Part shown: piece by piece, positions 17,083 through 25,879 of the stretch
How positions within the stretch are numbered: position 1 is the first letter of the stretch
How the letters are laid out: the number at the start of each line of letters is the position of its first letter
Assembly (NCBI GenBank): GCA_964443495.1
Contig: CAYUCS010000001.1
Coordinates: 469,496 to 533,495, forward strand
Length of the DNA: 64,000 nucleotides
Reading direction: 5' to 3'
Origin: an uncultured Gammaproteobacteria bacterium
GTDB lineage: Bacteria > Patescibacteriota > Patescibacteriia > Patescibacteriales > GWE2-39-37
The notes under the pieces: model-generated
The model's input: the letters and a program-made list of their open reading frames with translations, nothing else
Database searches by the model: none
Told to the model about the DNA's origin: nothing
Translations under genes and position numbers: made by a program

Positions 17083-18072
17083 ATGAAAACCTATCAACCG
17101 ATCGATGCGACTATCGCCATCACCTACCGCTGCAACTCCCGTTGCCAGATGTGCAACATCTGGCAGGACGAGCATCCGGCCGAGCTGCCGCTCGAGTACT
17201 TCCGCAACCTCGCCCCGACGTTGAAGCATATCAATCTGACGGGGGGCGAGCCGTTCCTGCGCGCAGACCTGCCGGAAATAGTCAGGATCATCAAGGAAGT
17301 CTCGCCCAAGGCCCAGATCATCATCTCTTCCAACGGCCTGGCCACCGAGCTGATCCGCGACCAGATCGGCAAGGTCCTGGCGATCGACCCGCATGCGGGT
17401 GTCCGCATTTCGATCGACGGACTCGGCCCGGTCCATGACAAGATCCGCGGCATTCCCGGAATCTTCGAGCGCGCCATCGCGACGATCAAGATGCTCAAGG
17501 AGTCGGGTGTCGCCAACCTCGGGTTGAGCTTTACTATCATGGACGACAATGCCGGCGAACTGCCGAAAGTCTATGACCTTTCGCGCGAGCTCGGCATCGA
17601 GATGGCTTTGGCCCTGGTGCAGAATTCCGACATTTACTTCCAAAAAGAGTCCAACCGCGTCACCGCTTTGGCTGCGGTCGAGCGCGATCTTACTTATCTC
17701 ATCAAGAAGGAGCTTAAGAGCTGGAAGATCAAACGCTGGCTCCGAGCTTTCTATGATTACGGCCTGCTTCTTTACGCCAGGAAACAGCAGCGTTTGTTGC
17801 CGACCGGCGCCGCCAAGGATTCGCTTTTCATCGAGCCGAGCGGCACGATTTATCCGAGCAACTTGATCAGCCAGAAGCTGGGCAATCTGGGCGACGGCAA
17901 GTTGGCCGAAACCTGGTTCTCGCCAGAAGCGGAAAAGGCCAGGCAAGAGATGGAGGCTAAGAAGATGAGCGAGTCATGGATCATCTGTACGATCCGCGGC
18001 GAGATGCGCCGGCACCTGCCGACCGTCGGCTGGTGGATATTGAAGCACAAGTTTTTTGGTGCCAAGGTTTAG
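17083..18072 (+). CDS. Radical SAM enzyme
   Basis: The CNSRCQMCNIW sequence is a CxxxCxxC cluster motif, and GGEPFL is a SAM-binding motif. I saw no C-terminal Cys-rich SPASM motif. Confidence 0.75.
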   Translation: MKTYQPIDATIAITYRCNSRCQMCNIWQDEHPAELPLEYFRNLAPTLKHINLTGGEPFLRADLPEIVRIIKEVSPKAQIIISSNGLATELIRDQIGKVLAIDPHAGVRISIDGLGPVHDKIRGIPGIFERAIATIKMLKESGVANLGLSFTIMDDNAGELPKVYDLSRELGIEMALALVQNSDIYFQKESNRVTALAAVERDLTYLIKKELKSWKIKRWLRAFYDYGLLLYARKQQRLLPTGAAKDSLFIEPSGTIYPSNLISQKLGNLGDGKLAETWFSPEAEKARQEMEAKKMSESWIICTIRGEMRRHLPTVGWWILKHKFFGAKV

Positions 18073-18085
18073 GGTTTGTGAATTG

Positions 18086-18183
18086 ACTTTCTGGCATCGC
18101 TCCTTTCAGTCAGGAAAAATTCTGGGGCTTTTCTGCGAAAAGCTTACGAATTTTTATTCCTTCAAGGAGCGATGCCAGAAAGT
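18086..18183. repeat. 98-nt near-perfect palindrome (long hairpin)
   Basis: The outer arms are 20 nt and perfectly complementary: ACTTTCTGGCATCGCTCCTT (18086-18105) and AAGGAGCGATGCCAGAAAGT (18164-18183). Inside, GGAAAAATTC pairs imperfectly with GAATTTTTATTCC. The apex is GCTTTTC-tgc-GAAAAGC. Confidence 0.8.
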
Positions 18184-18266
18184 TTCCAAGTTTGATAAAA
18201 TGGAATCCTTTAAAATTGTGGACTCACGAAGTTTGTCTGTTCATAAAATTTATTTGTAATCAAAAA

Positions 18267-19475
18267 ATGAAAATCCTGCAAATCAACAAATTCTATTATC
18301 TCAAAGGCGGAGCCGAACGCCATCTCTTCGAGTTGTCCAAGCTGCTGGAGGTGAACGGCCACACGGTCATACCGTTCTCGATGCAGGATCCGCAGAATCA
18401 GCCGACGCCGTACGCGAAGTATTTTGCCAAGCCGGTTGATTTTGATAGTTTCAGCCTTTCAGCCTTATTCAAATTTTTTTACAACTGGGAAGCGGTCAGC
18501 CAGCTCAAGCGGTTGCTGCGTGACGAACGGCCCGATATCGCCCACCTGCATAACGTAGCTCATCAGCTGACCCCGTCGATTATCCGTGTCCTGAAGAAGC
18601 ATGGAATTCCGGTGGTGATGACCTTGCATGATTACCAGCCGATTTGTCCGAGTTATCAGTTATATACGAAAGGGCAATATTGCGAGCGTTGCAAGGGCGG
18701 CAAATATTACCAGTGCGCTTTGAACCGTTGCGTTAAAGATTCGACAGCCAAAAGCTTGATGAGCATGCTGGAACTTTACCTTCATCGACGCGTTTTTAAG
18801 AACTACGATCTGGTTGATCATTTTGTTGCTCCAAGCCGCTTCATGGCCGATGTTTCGATCGCCTTCGGCATGCCCAAGGAAAAGATGTCGGTGGTTTATA
18901 ATTTTCTAGGCGATGGACAGCGCGCAGAGCTTGAAGGCGAGGCGGGCGCATCAGCAGGGGATTATCTGCTGTATTTCGGACGCCTGACCGAAGAGAAGGG
19001 TGTCGGCGATTTACTGAAGGCTGCAGCCAATAGCGCAACATCGCTTAAGATAGTCGGCACAGGCGCTGAGCGTGAAAGCTTGGAGGCTGAGGCCAAGGCT
19101 TTGGAGTTGGGAAGCAGGGTAGAATTTTTGGGTTATCAGGAAGGAAGCGCCTTGGCCAGATTGATCAAAGGTGCCAAAGCAGTGGTGCTGCCGGCACGTT
19201 GGCCGGAAAATATGCCTTACAGTCTGATTGAGGCCTTGGCGGCGGGCCGGCCTTTGCTGGTTTCCCGCATCGGCGGATTGACCGAACTGGTCGGTTCTGG
19301 CCAAAACGGCTTCACTTTCGCGCCTGGCAATGTCGAAGAGCTCAAAGAGGCCATCCGAAGGCTTGATCGGGCCGATTACGGCGCCATGTCCGAGGCTTCG
19401 AAAGAGTTGTCAAAAACGTTCGGCAGTGGACAATTTTACAGCAAAATCAGTGAAATATACGAAGGGTTGATTTAG
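18267..19475 (+). CDS. Family 4 glycosyltransferase
   Basis: I place the start at MKILQINKFYYLKGGAERH. The C-terminus has the GT4 E-x7-E region (PENMPYSLIEALAAGRPLLVSRIGG). The tracked ORF extends upstream to 18192. Confidence 0.8.
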   Translation: MKILQINKFYYLKGGAERHLFELSKLLEVNGHTVIPFSMQDPQNQPTPYAKYFAKPVDFDSFSLSALFKFFYNWEAVSQLKRLLRDERPDIAHLHNVAHQLTPSIIRVLKKHGIPVVMTLHDYQPICPSYQLYTKGQYCERCKGGKYYQCALNRCVKDSTAKSLMSMLELYLHRRVFKNYDLVDHFVAPSRFMADVSIAFGMPKEKMSVVYNFLGDGQRAELEGEAGASAGDYLLYFGRLTEEKGVGDLLKAAANSATSLKIVGTGAERESLEAEAKALELGSRVEFLGYQEGSALARLIKGAKAVVLPARWPENMPYSLIEALAAGRPLLVSRIGGLTELVGSGQNGFTFAPGNVEELKEAIRRLDRADYGAMSEASKELSKTFGSGQFYSKISEIYEGLI

Positions 19476-19525
19476 ATATAAATAGCTAATATTAAATAAA
19501 AAATAGTAAATAACCTTAAAAACCC

Positions 19526-19554
19526 TTGACAAAATATTCCATTTATAGTAGTAT
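19526..19554 (+). promoter_or_regulatory. Sigma70-type promoter for the IPT/TIG gene
   Basis: TTGACA lies at 19526-19531, then a 17-nt spacer, then TAGTAT at 19549-19554. Confidence 0.5.
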
Positions 19555-19608
19555 AGATTGTTTATCGATATATTTCGTCGATGGCTTTAATTTTTTAAGC
19601 GAAACCGT

Positions 19609-22131
19609 ATGAACTACCCAAGTAGTTTGAAGGTAAAAATCAAATCGATCGTTTCGCTCCTATTGATCGTCTCAGTGGTGGCCCAGGGAGTCGTGCTTAC
19701 GGCCAACGCAGCCGATCCCATGCCTCTGCCTGCCAAACCGGGCGCAAACATGATCAAGGGCGGCAGTTTTGAAACCGATCTCTACACGAGCTGGGGTATC
19801 TGGCAGACCGATACCGCTCGCCAATATACTTTATTCCGCTCCTATGAGTCCGCTTTCGGACAAGGTTCGTACGCGGCAGGAATCGAAGTTTCCGGTCCGG
19901 CTGGCAATCGAGCCAGCGCCGGTCTGGTCGGCTCCAAATCCAATGCCTTCTTGATGGAGCCAGGAAAGCAGTATTGGCTGCGCTATTACGCCAAGGCCTC
20001 TGCGCCGAGCAAGCTTTCTGTCTATTTGGAGAACAGCTCAAGCTATGTGCCGAGAACGCCTCTTTTCGAGCAGTCGGTCGGCACCGAATATGGCGAATAC
20101 AGCCAGATTGTCGCACCGGAAATCACTGCCGCCGAGCCAGGCCTCATGGTCTTCGCTTTCGGCGATACTGCCTCCGGCACCACCATGTTCCTCGATGGCG
20201 TCTCGTTGGTGGAATTGAACAGCAAATTGACGACCTCCGAGATTCGCGGCTCGATCGGCGATACCAGGAAGGTCTTGCAGTTCAATAACTTGAGCTACTT
20301 GTCCGAAGGCGACATAGAAGTCGAGCTTCCTTATTATAATCCAGCGACCGCCCAGCCGGAACGTAAGAAATTCCGCATCGACAGCATGACCGGCTCAGTC
20401 GCATATTTCAGCTTCTATCCCCAGACTTTCGGCGGAGTCGGCCGCGTCTATATCAAAGGCCAGCCCGTCGGACAGTTCAATTACAATGTCGTGCCGAAGA
20501 TTATCGAGCTGATCCCATCGATGCTCGAAGCCAACCAGGATGCCACTATCCGTGTCACCGGTTTCAATCCGGCAGCCGATGCCAGCTTCGTCGTGGTCCG
20601 AGTGACCGACAAGGCAGGCAAGGTATGGGATAAATGGCTCAAGCCGATCCGTTTCGATTCGCAGCTGAATTACGTTACCATCAAGCTCCCGACCGGCGTG
20701 GTTGCCGGCAATATGTTCATGCAGACTTCGTTCCAGAACGTCGCCGGCAAGAGCACGGAGAATCGCACCACCCAGGTTGCCTACAAGGTGAAGCCTGTCA
20801 TCTATAAGATGGTTTGGAGCCAGCGCGGTTACGACCAAGTCGGCGACAAATTACTGATTTACGGCAAAGGCATTTCCAGCCGCCCGGTAGTCACTTATTG
20901 GAACAGCCAGGGCAAGGCCATCGGTACCCAATCTGCCAAGGTCGTCGATATTTTCGAGAATGATGAATTGATCGAGACCGTGGCTTTGAAGAATGCCAAT
21001 TCCGCGACCGTGACCGTTACTGTCAACGGCGTGGTTTCCGACAAGGGTCAGGCATTGTCATATTCGGCCAAGCCCCGTTTGAAGGCTATCGCGACCAAGA
21101 ACAGCCGTTTCTCGACCCAGACGGCGGAGCGCTTGCCGGCAGCAGCCATCGGCGAAACCATCACCTTGACCGGCGAGGGCATCAACCCTGATGCCAGCTC
21201 GACCACGGCGATCGAATTCCAAGGTTACGGCCAGCGTGTCATGGCCCCGGTCGTCAAACAGACCAGCGGCAGCATTACCGTCGTCGTGCCAAACTCGGCC
21301 CAGACCGGCTTCGTCGCCATCGTCATGAATAATCAGAAATCCAATTTTCTGCCTTTGGAAATAATTCCTAAGATCATCAGCGTCGCCCCTGATCCAGTCC
21401 AGCCGGGGCAGCCGATGGCTATCACCGCTTATGGCGTCGGAGGCAATGCCAACTTGGCTAAAGTCGTCTTCACATTGACTACCAGCGAGAAAGTCGAGGT
21501 CACTCCGGATAGCGTCACGGTCGGCGCCAACGGCACAGTCGTGACCCTGACCGCTCCGATGGCGATTTCAAACAAATATTCTTCGGTCAATCTGCGTTAT
21601 GACCGTTGGCAAGACGATGGCAAAGTGAGTTTGTCGGTCCGACCGACCATCACTGACGCTCAGATCGACTTGAATACTGGAATCCTGACGATCAGAGGCT
21701 ATGGCTTCTCGATCAACTCACGGGAGAACCTGGTTACCTACAAATACGCGGATCAGAATCATACCGTGATCAATCCCAGGGTCCAGATGATCGGAGTCTA
21801 TCCGACTGCTGACGGACAGGAAATCAGGATTAGATTGCTTGATACCTATCACTACGGATACGTTTCGGTCAAGGTCGGAGAGTATACCAGCAATGAGGCT
21901 GACTTCGGCCCGGTGTCGATCCGCAAGGTCGTCCGCTCCGTCGAGATGGTAAAAGAGCTTAACCAGGTTACCGGCGTAGTTTATATCTATGGTTACAATT
22001 TCGGTACCGAAGGCGGCGTGAGGGTAGGCTCCACTTGGGCCAACGTCATCTATCGCAGCGAGTTTTACATCATTGCCACCATCGATCAATCCTTGCTTAA
22101 TTCTGGACCTGTCATCGTAACAAAACCTTAA
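19609..22131 (+). CDS. Secreted surface protein with an N-terminal CBM-like domain and multiple IPT/TIG-like Ig-fold repeats
   Basis: It has a signal peptide (SLLLIVSVVAQGVVLTANA). A GGSFE...W segment resembles CBM4/9. Repeated P-x-I/V-x-x-I/V-x-P modules occur (PKIIELIPS, PVIYKMVWS, PRLKAIATK, PKIISVAPDPVQPGQPMAITAYG). Confidence 0.65.
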   Translation: MNYPSSLKVKIKSIVSLLLIVSVVAQGVVLTANAADPMPLPAKPGANMIKGGSFETDLYTSWGIWQTDTARQYTLFRSYESAFGQGSYAAGIEVSGPAGNRASAGLVGSKSNAFLMEPGKQYWLRYYAKASAPSKLSVYLENSSSYVPRTPLFEQSVGTEYGEYSQIVAPEITAAEPGLMVFAFGDTASGTTMFLDGVSLVELNSKLTTSEIRGSIGDTRKVLQFNNLSYLSEGDIEVELPYYNPATAQPERKKFRIDSMTGSVAYFSFYPQTFGGVGRVYIKGQPVGQFNYNVVPKIIELIPSMLEANQDATIRVTGFNPAADASFVVVRVTDKAGKVWDKWLKPIRFDSQLNYVTIKLPTGVVAGNMFMQTSFQNVAGKSTENRTTQVAYKVKPVIYKMVWSQRGYDQVGDKLLIYGKGISSRPVVTYWNSQGKAIGTQSAKVVDIFENDELIETVALKNANSATVTVTVNGVVSDKGQALSYSAKPRLKAIATKNSRFSTQTAERLPAAAIGETITLTGEGINPDASSTTAIEFQGYGQRVMAPVVKQTSGSITVVVPNSAQTGFVAIVMNNQKSNFLPLEIIPKIISVAPDPVQPGQPMAITAYGVGGNANLAKVVFTLTTSEKVEVTPDSVTVGANGTVVTLTAPMAISNKYSSVNLRYDRWQDDGKVSLSVRPTITDAQIDLNTGILTIRGYGFSINSRENLVTYKYADQNHTVINPRVQMIGVYPTADGQEIRIRLLDTYHYGYVSVKVGEYTSNEADFGPVSIRKVVRSVEMVKELNQVTGVVYIYGYNFGTEGGVRVGSTWANVIYRSEFYIIATIDQSLLNSGPVIVTKP

Positions 22132-22154
22132 TATATCTGTAATATTATATTCCC

Positions 22155-23330
22155 ATGAGAATTGCCGTAATCGGACAAAAAGGAATACCAGCCAAATTCG
22201 GCGGCGTCGAAAAGCACGTCGAGGATCTGGCCATCAACCTGGCGCAGCGCGGCCACGAGGTGTACGTTTACACTCGCCGCAATTACACGCCGGCTGACCT
22301 TGCGTCCTTCCGCGGCGTCAATCTGGTTAGCCTCCCGAGTGTCAACTCCAAGCATCTCGATGCTATAAGCCACACCTTCCTAGCCTGCCTCGACGTCGCT
22401 CGCCGCGACGTCGATGTGGTTCACTTCCACTCCATCGGGCCATCGTCCCTTTTGTGGCTGGTCAAGCTCTTGAAGCCGCGCACGCCGGTAGTAGCCACTT
22501 TCCATACCCAGTGCTACATGCACCAGAAGTGGAACAGCCTGGCCAAGTTCTATCTGAGATTCGGCGAGCTGGTCTGCTGCAAGCTGTCTGACCGCGCCAT
22601 TGCCGTGTCGAAGACGCTGCAGGCTTACGCGCAGAAGAAATATCGCAACAATATCGTCTATATACCAAACGGAGTGACTGTCAGGCCGGTCGGCGACACT
22701 GACGCCTTGGATGCCTGGCAGCTCATCCCTGGCGGCTACGTCCTGGCAGTTTCCCGGCTGGTCAAGCACAAAGGCATCGGTTATCTGATCGAAGCTTTCA
22801 AGAAGATTGAAACCGACAAGAAGCTGGTCATCGTCGGCGACAGCGCCTTCACTGATAGCTACGTGGCGCAGATCCGCCGCTTGGCCGAAGGCGATCCAAG
22901 GATTATCTTTACCGGCAATCAGACCGGCGAAGCCTTGAAGCAGCTGTTCAGCCACGCCTATATCTTCGTCCAGCCATCAGAATCTGAAGGCTTGTCCATC
23001 GCTTTGCTCGAGGCTATGGCCTACGAGCAGGCCGTGCTGGTCAGCGATATCCCGGAAAATCTCGAGGCCCTGCCGGGCAATGATTACGTCTTCAAGAGCA
23101 AGAGTATCCGCGATTTGCGCCACAAGCTCGAGTCAGTCTTAGTTGCTCCTGAGGCAGTCAGCCGTAACCGGCGAGTCAACAGGGAACATGTCCTGAAGCA
23201 CTACAATTGGAAGGATATTACCGATGGCATCGAGCAGGTCTATGAAGAAGCTTTGGAAATAAGGCGCGCGCAACCTCGCCGTTTCCGCCGATTGAAAGTC
23301 ATCGGCCAGCTGATGCACCTCTGGTTTTAA
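22155..23330 (+). CDS. Family 4 glycosyltransferase
   Basis: The sequence includes MRIAVIGQKGIPAKFGGVEKHVEDLAINLAQRGHEV and SESEGLSIALLEAMAYEQAVLVSD. Confidence 0.8.
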   Translation: MRIAVIGQKGIPAKFGGVEKHVEDLAINLAQRGHEVYVYTRRNYTPADLASFRGVNLVSLPSVNSKHLDAISHTFLACLDVARRDVDVVHFHSIGPSSLLWLVKLLKPRTPVVATFHTQCYMHQKWNSLAKFYLRFGELVCCKLSDRAIAVSKTLQAYAQKKYRNNIVYIPNGVTVRPVGDTDALDAWQLIPGGYVLAVSRLVKHKGIGYLIEAFKKIETDKKLVIVGDSAFTDSYVAQIRRLAEGDPRIIFTGNQTGEALKQLFSHAYIFVQPSESEGLSIALLEAMAYEQAVLVSDIPENLEALPGNDYVFKSKSIRDLRHKLESVLVAPEAVSRNRRVNREHVLKHYNWKDITDGIEQVYEEALEIRRAQPRRFRRLKVIGQLMHLWF

Positions 23331-23438
23331 GCCGAAATCAAATATCTTAACCGGCCCGCCGCAAGCGGGTCGGTTGCTGTCAGGCTTTATTATTTCCGGC
23401 GGATATGTTAAAAATCCTAAAGAGCATAAAAATATTTT

Positions 23439-23810
23439 ATGAACATCTTAAAAGTAGATACAACCGACCCCGAAGAGCTGACTGCCGCTATATATAGGGA
23501 TGAAGGGTTGATTGCTGAAGAAAAAGTGCCGGCCCGCCGCCGTCAATCCGAAGAGCTTTTGCCAGCCATCGATCGCGCTTTGGCCAAGGCAGGCTTGCGC
23601 ATGGTCGATCTGGATAAGATTATCGTGGCCAACCAGGGCGGAAGCTTCACTTCGTTGCGCATCGGAATCGTTACTGCCAACGCCATGGCTTACGCTTTGC
23701 AGATTCCGGTCGAAGGCACTGCCAATGAAGCCAATCGGGCAGGCAAGGCGTACGTTGAGCCTGTTTATGATAATACCCCCGAATTCGTCGTGAAGAAGAA
23801 AAGCCTTTAA
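23439..23810 (+). CDS. tsaB: Short TsaB (YeaZ)-like protein, t6A pathway
   Basis: GGSFTSLRIGIVTANAMAYALQIPV matches the TsaB GPGSFTGLRIG motif. At 123 aa it covers only about the N-terminal half of canonical TsaB. Confidence 0.55.
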   Translation: MNILKVDTTDPEELTAAIYRDEGLIAEEKVPARRRQSEELLPAIDRALAKAGLRMVDLDKIIVANQGGSFTSLRIGIVTANAMAYALQIPVEGTANEANRAGKAYVEPVYDNTPEFVVKKKSL

Positions 23811-23864
23811 AAAAGGATTTTCCTGTGGATAAAAAAGAATAATCTTCATATTTTCTGGAAAAAA

Positions 23865-23898
23865 ATCATCCCCACCTTTTGTTAGGGGGTGATTTTTT
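23865..23898 (+). terminator. Intrinsic terminator after tsaB-like gene
   Basis: ATCATCCCC (23865-23873) pairs with GGGGGTGAT (23885-23893) with one G-U pair, followed by a T-run to 23898. Confidence 0.65.
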
Positions 23899-23940
23899 AT
23901 ATATTTTGTTTAATATTCGCCTATTAGGATTGGCGGTAAA

Positions 23941-24018
23941 GTGGAGGCAAGTGGTTGACTTCAGCCTATTCGTGGGGTAGAATGAAATAAGAAAGGTGAA
24001 AAGTGGGGAAAAGTGGAG
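23941..24018 (+). promoter_or_regulatory. Array of MraZ-box-like direct repeats around the mraZ promoter
   Basis: The repeats are (A)AAGTGGnG-type: GTGGAG at 23941, GTGGTT at 23951, GTGGGG at 23972, GTGGGG at 24003 and GTGGAG at 24013. The spacings are 10, 21, 31 and 10 nt, which places them all on one helix face. Confidence 0.6.
23955..23983 (+). promoter_or_regulatory. Sigma70-type promoter of the mraZ operon
   Basis: TTGACT lies at 23955-23960, then a 17-nt spacer, then TAGAAT at 23978-23983. Confidence 0.6.
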
Positions 24019-24168
24019 GATTATCCAATCGCCTCCCGCCCACTCGCCTAGCCCGTTTACCCATGCTTGTCAGCCTTGCCCGAGTCATTACTGGCTCTAA
24101 GGCACAAAAGGGGTTCGGTTAGCCCGGCTAGCCGCACTCCTCCTGAGCCCTAAGACGAATTACGGTTT

Positions 24169-24600
24169 ATGTTTATCGGCGAATACAAGCACAATCTGGA
24201 TGCAAAAGGAAGGCTGGCGATACCAGCTAAATTTCGCGTACTGTTGGAGGGCGGTGCCGTGGTAACTAAGGGTTTGGACAGTTGCTTGTTCCTTTATCCG
24301 AAGAAAGAGTGGGAACAGTTGGCCAGGAAGTTGGCCGCTTTGCCGATCAGCAAGGCCAATACCCGAGCTTTTTCGCGTTTGATGCTGGCCGGAGCTGCTG
24401 AAGTCGATTTCGATAGCCAGGGTCGTATCATCTTGCCGGAACATCTGCGCAAGTTCGCCGGCCTGAACAAGACGACCGTCGTTGCAGGCCTGTTCGATCG
24501 TTTGGAAATCTGGGATGAAGCGATTTGGGAGGCTTATAAAGAGGGTACTGAAGCCAAGAGCGGCGACATCGCTGAGGCCCTGGGCGAATTAGACGTTTAG
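24169..24600 (+). CDS. mraZ: Transcriptional regulator MraZ
   Basis: MFIGEYKHNLDAKGRLAIPAKFR and a second DxxGR repeat (DSQGRIILPEHLR) are present. rsmH follows. Confidence 0.92.
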   Translation: MFIGEYKHNLDAKGRLAIPAKFRVLLEGGAVVTKGLDSCLFLYPKKEWEQLARKLAALPISKANTRAFSRLMLAGAAEVDFDSQGRIILPEHLRKFAGLNKTTVVAGLFDRLEIWDEAIWEAYKEGTEAKSGDIAEALGELDV

Positions 24601-24601
24601 C

Positions 24602-25552
24602 ATGTCCAATTATCATATACCGGTAATGCTCGGAGAGGTTATCGAATATCTGGAGCCGGTCAAGGGCGGCAATTATCTGGACGGGACTTTCGGCGGCGGC
24701 GGCTATAGCAAGGCTATCGCGGCAAAGTGCCAGCCGGGACGGGTCATCGGATTCGACTTGGATCCTTTGGCTCATGAGCAGGCGGAAATCATCAAAGCAT
24801 CGGGCATCGATAATATACATGTGATCCCTGACAATTTCAGTCGGATGAAGGAGAACCTCGAAACCGAAGGCTGGTTGGAAAAGATCGGCAGCTTCGATGG
24901 GCTAGTGCTCGACTTAGGCCTGTCATCGGCCCAGCTGGCTGACCGTGAACGCGGCTTTTCTTTCCAGGCAGACACCCCCCTCGACATGAGTTTCGGCGGC
25001 GCAAAGAGGAGCGTCGAAACGACCGAGGAAATCGTGAATGGCTGGACGGAAAAAGAACTGGAACGCATCTTGCGCCAATACGGCGAAGAGTCGCATTCCC
25101 GGGCCATCGCCAGGGCGATAGTCCGGGCTAGAGCCAAGGCTCCGATAACCACGACCGGACAGCTTATTTCCGCGATTGAGTATTCCTTGCCGCCCAAGGC
25201 TAGGCACGGACAGAAGCATTTCGCCACCAAGACCTTCCAGGCTTTGCGCATCGCTACTAATCGCGAACTTGAAAGCCTGGAGCTGGTGCTGGCGCAATCG
25301 CTAGATCTCCTGAAACCTGGCGGAAAGCTGGTGGTAGTCAGCTACCACAGCCTCGAAGACCGTATCGTCAAGCAGTTCATCCGCGAGCAGACCATCGATT
25401 GCGTCTGCCCGCCGACCCTGCCGGTCTGCAGTTGCGACCATCGGGCCACGATGAAAAGCCTGACCAAAAAACCGGTTCTGCCGACTGAAGAAGAAATCAA
25501 CGATAACCCTCGGGCCCGTAGCGCCAAATTAAGAGCTGCGGCCAGGATATAA
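24602..25552 (+). CDS. rsmH: 16S rRNA (cytosine1402-N4)-methyltransferase
   Basis: The sequence includes HIPVMLGEV, DGTFGGGGYS, SYHSLEDRIVKQF and NPRARSAKLR. Confidence 0.92.
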   Translation: MSNYHIPVMLGEVIEYLEPVKGGNYLDGTFGGGGYSKAIAAKCQPGRVIGFDLDPLAHEQAEIIKASGIDNIHVIPDNFSRMKENLETEGWLEKIGSFDGLVLDLGLSSAQLADRERGFSFQADTPLDMSFGGAKRSVETTEEIVNGWTEKELERILRQYGEESHSRAIARAIVRARAKAPITTTGQLISAIEYSLPPKARHGQKHFATKTFQALRIATNRELESLELVLAQSLDLLKPGGKLVVVSYHSLEDRIVKQFIREQTIDCVCPPTLPVCSCDHRATMKSLTKKPVLPTEEEINDNPRARSAKLRAAARI

Positions 25553-25561
25553 AATAAAAAA

Positions 25562-25879
25562 ATGTCTCGCTCCAAAAAAATCACAAAAACCAAGAATTTG
25601 AAAAATCTGCAGATATATAATCGAGTGCTTCTTTTGGCCATGGTCGTCTGCGGCATCGCTTACCTCATCGGCATCAATGACTTGTCAATCAAGAATTACA
25701 TGCTCTTGGAAGAGAGGAGGAGGGCGAGCGCCGTCAGGAACGAGATCAATCAGCTCGAGGTCAAGGCCATGTCTTTAAGTTCCTATAATAATCTGGCTCA
25801 GCGGATCGCCGACCTGGAAATGGTCAAGGTGGATCAGGTCAAATATCTCAATGCCAATCCGGCGGTGGCATTGAAGTGA
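25562..25879 (+). CDS. ftsL: FtsL/DivIC-like cell-division protein
   Basis: It is 105 aa with a basic N-terminus, one TM helix (VLLLAMVVCGIAYLIGI) and a coiled coil. It occupies the canonical position between rsmH and ftsI. Confidence 0.55.
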   Translation: MSRSKKITKTKNLKNLQIYNRVLLLAMVVCGIAYLIGINDLSIKNYMLLEERRRASAVRNEINQLEVKAMSLSSYNNLAQRIADLEMVKVDQVKYLNANPAVALK

